Notes: generated by a model from the letters alone, not told the origin. A stretch of DNA of 27,966 bases from a virus (IMGVR_UViG_3300043296_000162:1-27966), one strand, 5' to 3'; positions 1 through 8,043 are shown, counted from the stretch's first letter. A program made the numbers and translations.

Positions 1-2
1 AT

Positions 3-449
3 CGCGCTTACGCTTCTGATGTTGATTTCACCGGAAACATTTACATTCATAAAGATAGTGATGCGGATGGTGGCACAGACGGAATACCCGATACTCCTGC
101 AACAGATATTGTTGCTGGAATTACTGCGGGCGAAGATCAAACTTTGCAATCCTGTTACACGGTTCCGGCTGGATATCATGCTTTTGTCACAACAACTTGT
201 GTCGTTAATACTAGCGAAGCTGCAGCGGGAACAGCGGTAACTTTCCGTCAACGCAAAACTGTATTCGGTGCAACTAGTTCACGTACACAATTACTGTTGA
301 CGCTTGGTGATGAAACTTCAGAATGCGTAAGCATTGATCCGCCTGTTAGGTTGGAATCGAAAACTGATTTTGAATATACGGGTGGCGGTGTTGGTGTTCT
401 CAATCAGGGAACAGCTGCAACATTTGGAATGTATCTGTATCGAGACTAA
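3..449 (+). CDS. 3' part of a phage hypothetical (probably virion-associated, beta-rich) protein, truncated by the window start
   Basis: The frame of the 144..449 ORF is open back to base 3 (RAYASDVDFTGNIYIHKDSDADGGTDGIPDTPATDIVAGITAGEDQTLQSCYTVPAGYHAFV...), so the true start lies upstream of the window. It sits directly before the portal gene. Confidence 0.7.
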   Translation, partial: RAYASDVDFTGNIYIHKDSDADGGTDGIPDTPATDIVAGITAGEDQTLQSCYTVPAGYHAFVTTTCVVNTSEAAAGTAVTFRQRKTVFGATSSRTQLLLTLGDETSECVSIDPPVRLESKTDFEYTGGGVGVLNQGTAATFGMYLYRD

Positions 450-497
450 AGATGAAATTGCTAACTAACAATATTGCGTTTAAGGAAAGGAACACTA

Positions 498-1790
498 ATG
501 GCATGGAGTAACCCTTGGCGCAAAAAACGCGAAGTCAAAACAATGGTGTTGGGAACATCAGACGCATTCGGACAATTTTTGATGTTCGGCGAAAGCGGTA
601 CTGCCGCAACTCCATCTTCATCTTTAGCTTTGTATGAGCAATCAACCGCAGTCAGCATTCCAATTAACATGATCGCCGATGCTTTTTCTGTGCTTGAACC
701 GATTCTAATTATTGATGATAAGCGAGTCAAAAATCATCCTGTAATTGGTTTGCTAAATAAGCCTTCTCCGTATTTTTCTGGCGAGCATTTTCTTGAAATG
801 CTTGGTAAAGAATATCTAATTACCGGGGAAACGATGTTGATTTTGCTCGGTGGTAGGCGAAGACCGCCGCTAGAACTGCAACCGATTAGCGTAAAAAATG
901 CGTCAGTACCTGAAGGAACAGGCGGCGCGCCAAGCCAAATTCAAGTTTCTGGGAACACACTAACGGGCGAATACATTCCTGATATCACGAAAGGCGTTCT
1001 TCGATATTTCAGCGGCACTTTGCGAGAACTAATTCAGATTCGCAATTACTCAACTCGAAACAATTCGCTTTTGCGTGGGCAGTCGCCTTTGCTTGCGGCG
1101 TCGAAAGAAGTTCGTCAGCATATTTTAGGCGGAACGCATAACATTTCGATTCTAGAAAAAGGTGGCCGCGTTAGTTTGATCTTCCATTTTGATGCTGATA
1201 TGGACGATGAAGATTTTGAAGAGGCAAAGAACCGAGTTAGAGAGCAATACGGCGGCGCTGGAAACGCTGGCGAAATTGGTGTTACTGCTGGCGGCGAATT
1301 GAGTATTAAAGAAGTCGGAATTAATAACCGCGACATGGACTTTTCAGTTCTGCAGAAAATGGCTGTTAAGTCTGTGACTCTTCAATACCATGTTCCGCTT
1401 CCGTTGGTAACTGACGAACGACAAACGCTTAACAATTACAGGGAAGGAAAATTGGCGTTGTATGATGATGCTGTTATTCCTCTTTCCAAAAGAATTTTTG
1501 GCGGTTTAGGTGATACGTTGCTGCCGCGTTTTGGAGTTGATCCCGCGCGCGGGCGCATAACATTCGATCCTGATCAAGTAAGCTCGCTAGTTGCTAGGCG
1601 AAATGAAGAAGTTGGAAAGCGTCAGAAGATCGGCGTTGAATCTGATAATGAAATTCGCGCCTATCTTGGGAAAGAACCTTACGAGGGTGGCGATACTATT
1701 TTGAAATCAGCAAGTTTGATTCCTGCTGGTACAGATATATTCACAGAAGATAATGACCCGGACTTTATTGAAATAGATGACGATTCCTAA
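498..1790 (+). CDS. Phage portal protein, HK97 family
   Basis: Portal motifs HPVIGLLNKPSPY, YLITGET, LRGQSPL, L-x-I-KEVG...DMDF, YHVPLPLV, NEIRAYLGKEPYEGGD. ATG at 498 follows AAGGAAAGGA and is preferred over the TTG at 474. Confidence 0.93.
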   Translation: MAWSNPWRKKREVKTMVLGTSDAFGQFLMFGESGTAATPSSSLALYEQSTAVSIPINMIADAFSVLEPILIIDDKRVKNHPVIGLLNKPSPYFSGEHFLEMLGKEYLITGETMLILLGGRRRPPLELQPISVKNASVPEGTGGAPSQIQVSGNTLTGEYIPDITKGVLRYFSGTLRELIQIRNYSTRNNSLLRGQSPLLAASKEVRQHILGGTHNISILEKGGRVSLIFHFDADMDDEDFEEAKNRVREQYGGAGNAGEIGVTAGGELSIKEVGINNRDMDFSVLQKMAVKSVTLQYHVPLPLVTDERQTLNNYREGKLALYDDAVIPLSKRIFGGLGDTLLPRFGVDPARGRITFDPDQVSSLVARRNEEVGKRQKIGVESDNEIRAYLGKEPYEGGDTILKSASLIPAGTDIFTEDNDPDFIEIDDDS

Positions 1791-3567
1791 GCAAAAAAGA
1801 CAAGCGGCGGAAGACCACAATATCAAGCTAGTGCTTGAAAGCCGTTTGCGTGCAAAAATCAACGCTTTGAATGAGAAAATCATTCGAGAGTTTACTGCTT
1901 CGGTTGCGAGAATTGGGAACATTCCAAATTTCTTTAAGTACGAAGACGCTTTAGAAAAAATTCTTACCCAACATGATCAACTTGTAGCGAGCGTTTTTAT
2001 TGAGCGAATAAATAGACAAGTTGAAGCAGAAGAAAGCGGAACAAAGCAATTAATTCCGTTTATAAAATTGTCTGCCGAAGAAACTGCGATTGGCGCAATC
2101 GAATTATTTTCTGCGCGGTCTGTTGCAAAAGTCCCTGTTGTCGTTAATAGCTATCTCACAACAAAAACATCAGATAGTGTTAGCAAGATAACCGAAACAA
2201 CTAAAAAAGATGCGGCAAGAGCGTTGCAGAAAGCGCAAACCATAGCCGCTACTACAGCTGTAGAAAAAGTTGAAGTCGCTAGTTTAAGTGGTTCGATATT
2301 CCGAACTAAATTGAATGGCCGAACAACTGGCATTGTCACGTTAAACACAAACGCCGCCGCAGAATCTGCAAAACTAACACAGATCGAATTGTTGAGCGGC
2401 GAAGAACCTACGCTTGGCGGCGCGGGAACTAACAGAAGTAAAAGCAAAAAATCTTGGGCGAATATGGGCGATAGCCTAGTTCGTGCCGGTGGCAAATCTG
2501 CGTTTAATCATCTTCGCGCGGAACAGGAAGTTCAAATTGATAAACCTTTCATCGTTAGTGGTGAAAGTTTACGTTTCCCCGGCGACATGAGTTTGGGAGC
2601 ATCTATCGGTAACGTTGCGAACTGCCGATGCTCTGCTACTTACGATATTAAGAAAGTCGTTAACACGCGAAAGGGTTTAAGTGAAGTTGCAAGTACAACT
2701 TCGCGCGGGGGCGCGCGCATAAGAGATGACGTTAACAGTTTATTGCGCGGGCAATTGGGAAGAAACTCTAGACAATTCGCAAGGGAACGTTTGGTTCCCG
2801 CTAGCAAAGCTGGCAAAGCGGGAACGGAAGCAATGTTTCGACATGCTGACGGATCATGGGTAGCAAGCAGACAAAAATTGCATGAAGAAATTATTGCTGA
2901 AATTATGGAAGCTGCAAAATCTGTTAAGCCGGGAGAAAAAGTGCGATTGCAATTGTTAGGCGGTGGTCCCGCGTCCGGTAAATCGACGTTAGGAATTGTT
3001 GCGCCTGATGGTTCGGTTGTAATTGACGTTGATGCTATTCGCGCATTCTTGCCGGAATTCAGAGCGGGTTCGCGCATTGGAAAAACAACCGGAGTTTTCA
3101 ACAACGCAAACGCTGCAGCAATGACGCATAACGAAGCGAGTTATTTGGGTGGCGAAATTGCTAAGCGTGCCGCGCGTATGCGCGCGCATGTAATTCTAGA
3201 TCAAGTTGGCGATGGAAAAATTGATAAATTTTTGAAGAAATTGAAACCATTTCTTGATGACGGTTATAAAATTGAGGGTAATTATGTAACCGTCGATGTT
3301 GAAGAAGCACTTAGGCGCGCGCGTATCCGCGCATTGAAAACCGGAAGAACGGTTCCCGAAGAAGTAATTAGAGAATTACATGCTGGTGTTTCTGACACTA
3401 CTTTGAAAATTCTAGAAAAAGGCGATGTGTTTGACGAATTTCGATTGGTGTTTGGTGACAAAGAAGGAAAAGAAATTGCAAAGATCGTCAAAGGCAAATT
3501 GAAAATCGTTGATCAAAAATTGTGGGATGATTTTGCTGCAAAGGCTGCTGATGTTGTTGTCAAGTGA
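1777..3567 (+). CDS. Head morphogenesis protein (MuF / SPP1 gp7-like) fused to a C-terminal zeta-toxin-like P-loop kinase domain
   Basis: Immediately after the portal. MuF signature KKSW...GDSLVR...H...IDKPFIVSGESLRFPGD...NCRC (about 2446-2631). C-terminal Walker A GGGPASGKST (2959-2988), IDVDAIR, THNEAS, GYKIEGNYVTVDVEEALRRARIR...TGRTVPEEVI, typical of zeta/PezT-like kinases. Confidence 0.85.
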   Translation: MTIPKQKRQAAEDHNIKLVLESRLRAKINALNEKIIREFTASVARIGNIPNFFKYEDALEKILTQHDQLVASVFIERINRQVEAEESGTKQLIPFIKLSAEETAIGAIELFSARSVAKVPVVVNSYLTTKTSDSVSKITETTKKDAARALQKAQTIAATTAVEKVEVASLSGSIFRTKLNGRTTGIVTLNTNAAAESAKLTQIELLSGEEPTLGGAGTNRSKSKKSWANMGDSLVRAGGKSAFNHLRAEQEVQIDKPFIVSGESLRFPGDMSLGASIGNVANCRCSATYDIKKVVNTRKGLSEVASTTSRGGARIRDDVNSLLRGQLGRNSRQFARERLVPASKAGKAGTEAMFRHADGSWVASRQKLHEEIIAEIMEAAKSVKPGEKVRLQLLGGGPASGKSTLGIVAPDGSVVIDVDAIRAFLPEFRAGSRIGKTTGVFNNANAAAMTHNEASYLGGEIAKRAARMRAHVILDQVGDGKIDKFLKKLKPFLDDGYKIEGNYVTVDVEEALRRARIRALKTGRTVPEEVIRELHAGVSDTTLKILEKGDVFDEFRLVFGDKEGKEIAKIVKGKLKIVDQKLWDDFAAKAADVVVK

Positions 3568-3730
3568 AGACGTAATAAATATTTATTTGGAAATCGTCAA
3601 TGGTGAAGCAGCGCCAAAAAATGAGCCTGAAGATCATAGAATTTTTCGCGCAAAAGTTGCAGAAGAAGTCCGACAATTGAAAAAATTAAATATGACGCTA
3701 GAAATACCAAGCGATGATTTAAGAGAATAA
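3551..3730 (+). CDS. Small charged helical protein, candidate immunity/antitoxin for the MuF-zeta fusion
   Basis: ATG at 3551 overlaps the end of the MuF-zeta gene by 17 nt. 59 aa: MLLSSEDVINIYLEIVNGEAAPKNEPEDHRIFRAKVAEEVRQLKKLNMTLEIPSDDLRE. Fills the gap to the protease ATG at 3733. Function is inferred from position only. Confidence 0.6.
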   Translation: MLLSSEDVINIYLEIVNGEAAPKNEPEDHRIFRAKVAEEVRQLKKLNMTLEIPSDDLRE

Positions 3731-3732
3731 CA

Positions 3733-4914
3733 ATGCCCCTAATGAAGTGCCAAAAAGATGGTAAATCGGGGTGGAAATGGGGCGAAGGTGGTGTTTGTTT
3801 TACTGGATCTAATGGGCGCAGTCGCGCAGCGGCAGTTGGCAGAGCCATTCATGCGCAGGGGAATAAATTGCATATGAAATCTATTGAAACCAAACGCTTT
3901 GGTGGACACATTTTAGATACAAAGCAAGAAGAACGCAACGGCGTTCCCGTCGGGATTGTGTCTGGCCATATTGCGGCTTGGACCCCCGATACCGGCGGCA
4001 TGTATGGAATGCCAGATAGATTTCACCCAGGCGCATTCTTGAAATCTTTAGCCGAACATCGTTTGCGTAACAATCGACAAGTCCGAATGAAAGATCATCA
4101 TGGCCGAACCATCGGCGGATTCCCGATTGAAACAATGCAAGAGGATGGAAAGGGATTGTTCGGGCGTGGCGAAATTAATCTTGAAACTCAACTTGGACGC
4201 GAAGCATATTCGCTTGCTAGGCAACGGGTACTAACTGATTTTTCAATTGGCTTCATCGCTATTGAAGACAAAATTGATGCTGGTTTCAGAGAAATTTTTG
4301 AAGCTGTAATTATCGAAGGAAGCATTGTTGATGAACCGATGAATGTAGACGCCAACATAACAGAAGTTAAAGTTGCAATACCTTTTCAAGATTTACCGCT
4401 TGCTGAGCGGATGACGAGTTGGAATCCGCAAGCCGCTAAAGATAGGGTGAAAGATTTCACAGAATCCAAAGGCGCGCCTAGCGGGAATTTCAAACAAGCG
4501 TTTATTTGGCTAGATGAAGAAAGGGTTGAAAGATTTGACGGTTACAAACTGCAAATCGCCGATGTTATTGACGACAAAATGTTGGCTGTTCCGCGCGCGA
4601 TTGTGAAAGCGGCGAATGAAGTTCTTAAACGCGACGTTGGGATTCCTGATGAAGACGTTGGCGGCGTAACCCAACACATTGAAAGGTATTATGCGAAGAT
4701 GGGTTTGGTTTCCCCATTTAGCGATGATGAAAAACAATTTTTTGGAGTGGAAGAAATTAAGAATTTCACTTGTAGAGATATGGAAAGGGCTTTGCGCGAT
4801 AGCGGCGCGTTTTCAAAAAGCGCAGCTGTTGAACTAGCTGGAAAATTTATTGGGTTGAAAAATCCTGAAAGTGCGGCAGATATTTTGAAAGTTTTGGATA
4901 GGATAAGGATTTAA
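3733..4914 (+). CDS. HK97-family prohead (maturation) protease with N- and C-terminal extra domains
   Basis: Protease core DRFHPGAFLKSL, DHH...IGG, EDGKGLFGRGEINLETQLGREAY, DFSIGF, EGSIVDEPMN-x-DA-x-IT-x-VK. C-terminal RDMERALRDSGAFSKSAA motif. Located between MuF and the capsid gene. Confidence 0.9.
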   Translation: MPLMKCQKDGKSGWKWGEGGVCFTGSNGRSRAAAVGRAIHAQGNKLHMKSIETKRFGGHILDTKQEERNGVPVGIVSGHIAAWTPDTGGMYGMPDRFHPGAFLKSLAEHRLRNNRQVRMKDHHGRTIGGFPIETMQEDGKGLFGRGEINLETQLGREAYSLARQRVLTDFSIGFIAIEDKIDAGFREIFEAVIIEGSIVDEPMNVDANITEVKVAIPFQDLPLAERMTSWNPQAAKDRVKDFTESKGAPSGNFKQAFIWLDEERVERFDGYKLQIADVIDDKMLAVPRAIVKAANEVLKRDVGIPDEDVGGVTQHIERYYAKMGLVSPFSDDEKQFFGVEEIKNFTCRDMERALRDSGAFSKSAAVELAGKFIGLKNPESAADILKVLDRIRI

Positions 4915-4953
4915 TAACAGAGGGATTCTGTTAGGGGTCAGCGGGACGCTGAT
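4915..4953 (+). promoter_or_regulatory. Two tandem RNA hairpins with GGGAY loops in the major capsid 5' leader (CsrA/RsmA-like binding sites)
   Basis: TAACAGA-GGGAT-TCTGTTA (4915-4933) and TCAGC-GGGAC-GCTGA (4938-4952), followed by Shine-Dalgarno AGGAG at 4995-4999. The hairpins are seen directly; the regulatory role is inferred. Confidence 0.5.
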
Positions 4954-5007
4954 ACTAAAACGAAATTGAAACAGCAACATAAACTAACGTAATTAGGAGC
5001 ATTGAAA

Positions 5008-6279
5008 ATGGCTGACCCTAAAACAAATGAAGAGGTAATGAGCGCTGTTACCGAACTTCGCGGTGAAGTTGAAAAGAAGGGCTTCATTGATAAGGATAAG
5101 ATTGAACGTTTGAATGAAGTTCTCGACGGACACGAAACGAAGAATCAGCAAATCGTTTTGCTTGAGCAGTCTACAAAGAATCATGAGCAAGCGATTACTG
5201 AACTGAAAGAAGCGCGCGTTGAAGTAAAAGAAGCAGACGAGAAACGACAAGCTGAGTTGAAGACTCAGATTGACGATCTTGAGGCGGAAGTCGCGCGCGG
5301 AATTGAAACAAAGATTGCGAATGATCCTAACGCTTACAAGAATGGTGAAGAGTATAAGGCTCTGAATGTTTTTTGTAAGAGTGGTGAAAATTCCATGAGC
5401 GCTGAGCAGAAGGTTTTGCTCAGAACTGATTCTGCCGTCGATGGTGGAATTCTTGCGCCGAGCGAACTTGATAATCAGATTATGAAGAAGATTACTGAGA
5501 TTGATCCGATTCGTTCGATTGCAAGAGTCAGAACTATCAACAGCAAGTCGATGGAAATGGCAATTCGGAACACCATTCCGGTTGCAACGTATGAAGGCGA
5601 AGCGGAAGAAGGCGCCGATAGTGTCGCCACTTACGAATCGGTGACTGTGACGCCGTATCGCCAAACTCATACGTCGCCAATCACTAAGGACATGCTGATG
5701 GATGCGGCTTTCGATATGGATTCGGAAATTGCATCGGATTCGGCGGAAGCTTTTGGTTTTGGTGAAGGCGCTGGATTTGTTCTTGGTGATGGATTCAAGA
5801 AACCTGAAGGGTTTATGCAGAATGCAATTATTCTTGCAGCAACCCAAGCGGGAACGACTGGCACAGCTGGTGTAATTCCTGCAGTTGATGTGATTCTTCT
5901 TACTGGCAAGCTCAAGACTGGATACAATCCTGTGTTCGTTTTGAATCGGCGAACGTTGGCGCAGTTGCGTTCACAGGTTTCAACAACTGGCCAATTCCTT
6001 TGGCAACCGGGGCTGAATGGCCCGGTAGCTAATAGTTTGGCTGGGTATCCGTATGCGGTTGCAAACACTATGGCAGATGAAGCGAATAATTCTTACTCGC
6101 TTGCCTTTGGTGATTTCCGACGGGGATACACAATCGTTGATAGAACTGGTTTGAGTGTTGTTCGTGACGAGTATACGCTCAAGAAGAAGGCGATTGTTGA
6201 ATTCACGATGAATCGTTGGAATACCGGCATTGTTACTTTGCCTGAAGCAATCAAAGTCACAAAGACTCCGGCAACTTAA
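5008..6279 (+). CDS. Major capsid protein, HK97 fold, with N-terminal coiled-coil delta (scaffold) domain
   Basis: Coiled-coil N-terminus, then DGGILAPSEL, PIRSIARV, EG-x-GFVLGDG-xx-KPEG, GQFLWQPGL, LAGYP, FGDFRRGYTIVDR. ATG at 5008 lies 8 nt after AGGAG. Confidence 0.96.
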   Translation: MADPKTNEEVMSAVTELRGEVEKKGFIDKDKIERLNEVLDGHETKNQQIVLLEQSTKNHEQAITELKEARVEVKEADEKRQAELKTQIDDLEAEVARGIETKIANDPNAYKNGEEYKALNVFCKSGENSMSAEQKVLLRTDSAVDGGILAPSELDNQIMKKITEIDPIRSIARVRTINSKSMEMAIRNTIPVATYEGEAEEGADSVATYESVTVTPYRQTHTSPITKDMLMDAAFDMDSEIASDSAEAFGFGEGAGFVLGDGFKKPEGFMQNAIILAATQAGTTGTAGVIPAVDVILLTGKLKTGYNPVFVLNRRTLAQLRSQVSTTGQFLWQPGLNGPVANSLAGYPYAVANTMADEANNSYSLAFGDFRRGYTIVDRTGLSVVRDEYTLKKKAIVEFTMNRWNTGIVTLPEAIKVTKTPAT

Positions 6280-6326
6280 AAACTAAAAACCGGAATTTTT
6301 AACGGGCAAAAGAAAAGGAAATCAAA

Positions 6327-6746
6327 ATGGAACAAGATCTTCATTCTGAAATCAAAGTTGTTTTTGCAATCGAGCCGGTGATTCACACCGCGCACGCAGT
6401 TGGGGCCGAGATTGATACTATTGGATTTGAATCTTGCGAGTTTGTTGTCGTAATCGGCGATGCTCTCGACGGTTCGTTTACTGCTGGCATTGATCAATCG
6501 CCGGATGATGATAGCGGTTCGCCGACTGGTGTATGGACCGCTGTACCTGCTGCCGAAGTTCTCGGCACAGATCTCGTCATTGCCATTGCGGATACTGATA
6601 AGGTATATCGCATCGGCACTATTGGGAAGGAACGTCACCAGCGTTTGACGTTGACGGAAGTTGACGCCAACTCTACTGGCATCATGGGCGCTGTTGCGAT
6701 CCTTAGTCATCCTGTGATTAAGCCTGTTGCAGAGCAGTTTACCTAG
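6327..6746 (+). CDS. Putative capsid decoration/accessory protein (beta-sandwich)
   Basis: Directly after the capsid gene with RBS AAGGA. Pattern DL...IK...AI-x-P...G-x-EIDT-x-GFES-x-EF...QS-x-DD resembles small beta proteins that follow HK97-type capsid genes. Confidence 0.55.
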   Translation: MEQDLHSEIKVVFAIEPVIHTAHAVGAEIDTIGFESCEFVVVIGDALDGSFTAGIDQSPDDDSGSPTGVWTAVPAAEVLGTDLVIAIADTDKVYRIGTIGKERHQRLTLTEVDANSTGIMGAVAILSHPVIKPVAEQFT

Positions 6747-6758
6747 AAAATAGAAAGT

Positions 6759-6800
6759 GGGGCGCGCCGTTAATTGTTAGGCGGCGTGCCCCTGCTTCCT
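6759..6800 (+). terminator. Strong GC-rich hairpin after the capsid/decoration genes (terminator or mRNA 3' stabilising stem)
   Basis: GGGGCGCGCCG (6759-6769) pairs with CGGCGTGCCCC (6782-6792), including one G-U pair. It is followed only by a weak pyrimidine tract (TGCTTCCT), so termination may be partial. Confidence 0.6.
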
Positions 6801-6829
6801 AACCCGTATTTTAAAAAATTGGGGAAGTT

Positions 6830-7078
6830 ATGAAAGTTAAATTTCTGAGAAACGGAACCGAAGCACATATTGCGCCCAAGCGTGGAAATTTTGTATTCAC
6901 AAAAGGCGAAGAAATGTCTGGACTTTCTGAAGAAATCGCTTCGCAAATGGTAAGCGATGGCAATGCTGAAATTATTAGCGACGATGCCCCAGAAGTTGAA
7001 GACGAAGAAGTTGAAACTGAAGACGAAGAAAACGACGACGAAGAAGAACCCAAAAGTAAAATGCCTTGGAGTAAGTGA
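6830..7078 (+). CDS. Small hypothetical head-region protein with an acidic tail
   Basis: 82 aa with a GGGGA RBS. Typical position between capsid and head-tail connector; E/D-rich C-terminus. Confidence 0.7.
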   Translation: MKVKFLRNGTEAHIAPKRGNFVFTKGEEMSGLSEEIASQMVSDGNAEIISDDAPEVEDEEVETEDEENDDEEEPKSKMPWSK

Positions 7079-7083
7079 GAGTT

Positions 7084-7647
7084 ATGCCGCTAACGTATAC
7101 ATACACACTAAACGACACTGGCACTTTGCCTATCTCTCTCAAACAAGCGAAAGCTTATTTGAAAGTTGATTCCACTACAGACGATTCGGTAATTCAAGAT
7201 TTGATTGCTACAGTTTTTCAGTTCGCAGAACGTTATTCCGGTAGGGATATGCGGGCGAAAACTTGGCAATTGGTACTGGATTGTTTTGACGATAGAATCC
7301 TTTTACGAAAAAGCGAAGTGTCGTCGATTACAAGTGTGAAGTATTCCGTTAGCGGCACTCTCGACACCATTTCTAGCGCAGTTTATTACCTAAAAGCTGG
7401 CCACCAATTTAGCGAAATTTTGCTTCAAGAAGATCAAGCTTGGCCGTCTGATATTGATGAAATTGAAGCTGGCATTCAGATCATTTTTGATACGAAAACC
7501 CCACGATACATTACACAATATAAGGTTGGCGCGCTAGAACATTTGGCGTTCTTGTATGCGAATCGTGGCGATTGTGATGTTAGTGTTGCCGCGCTCAAGT
7601 CGGGCGCAACTGAAAAATACGATCAAGGTAGAATACAAAGGATTTAA
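7084..7647 (+). CDS. Head-tail connector (HK97 gp6 / phiE125 gp8-like adaptor)
   Basis: PISLKQAKAYLKVD...DDSVIQDLI...AERYSGR...TW-x-L-x-LD-x-F and the C-terminal LYANRGD motif. An alternative GTG start lies at 7075. Confidence 0.88.
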   Translation: MPLTYTYTLNDTGTLPISLKQAKAYLKVDSTTDDSVIQDLIATVFQFAERYSGRDMRAKTWQLVLDCFDDRILLRKSEVSSITSVKYSVSGTLDTISSAVYYLKAGHQFSEILLQEDQAWPSDIDEIEAGIQIIFDTKTPRYITQYKVGALEHLAFLYANRGDCDVSVAALKSGATEKYDQGRIQRI

Positions 7648-7650
7648 ATC

Positions 7651-8043
7651 ATGGCTGCAATGTCAAATTTCATGGAAACAACTGTGCTTGAGCATTTTCT
7701 TGATGCGACTTCTTACACTAGTCCCACAAGTGTATATGTTGCAATTCACAATACCGATCCGACTGACGCCGATTCAGGAACTGAAGTTACGGGCGGCGCA
7801 TACGCGCGCGTAACCATGACGGGCGGTTGGACCGTTGCGGCTGACAACGCGACTAACACAGCGGCAGTAACTTTCCCGACTGCCACCGACGGAACGTGGG
7901 GAACGGCAGATTACTTTGGCATTTATGACGCTATTTCCGGTTCCGAACTTTTGATTCACGGTGCATTGACTGAAGGTAAAACCATTGGTGATGGCGATAC
8001 GTTTGAATTCGCAATTGGAAATCTTTCAGTAACGATGGCATAA
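7651..8043 (+). CDS. Phage virion structural protein (fibre base/tip-like family)
   Basis: Recognisable pattern SNFMET...YVAIH-x-TDP-x-D...EVTGGAYARV...FP-x-AT...WGT...GIYDA...GAL...K-x-I-xx-GD-x-F-x-F, found in phage proteins that typically precede long A/T/G/V repeat fibres, as here. Confidence 0.65.
   Translation: MAAMSNFMETTVLEHFLDATSYTSPTSVYVAIHNTDPTDADSGTEVTGGAYARVTMTGGWTVAADNATNTAAVTFPTATDGTWGTADYFGIYDAISGSELLIHGALTEGKTIGDGDTFEFAIGNLSVTMA

Noticed and set aside
19-240. 73-aa + strand ORF and similar short alternative-frame ORFs (3881..4135, 6957..7169, 15243..15503, 22586..22774)
   Set aside because: They overlap better-supported genes in another frame and have no clear RBS or motif.
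450-497. Possible sigma70 promoter upstream of the portal (TTGCTA as -35)
   Set aside because: No acceptable -10 element at the right spacing. Only the RBS is supportable.
4912-4992. Stop-codon readthrough extending the protease into QRDSVRGQRDAD...
   Set aside because: Two consecutive TAA codons make readthrough unlikely, and TAA, TAG and TGA all act as normal stops in this window. The segment is better explained as RNA hairpins.
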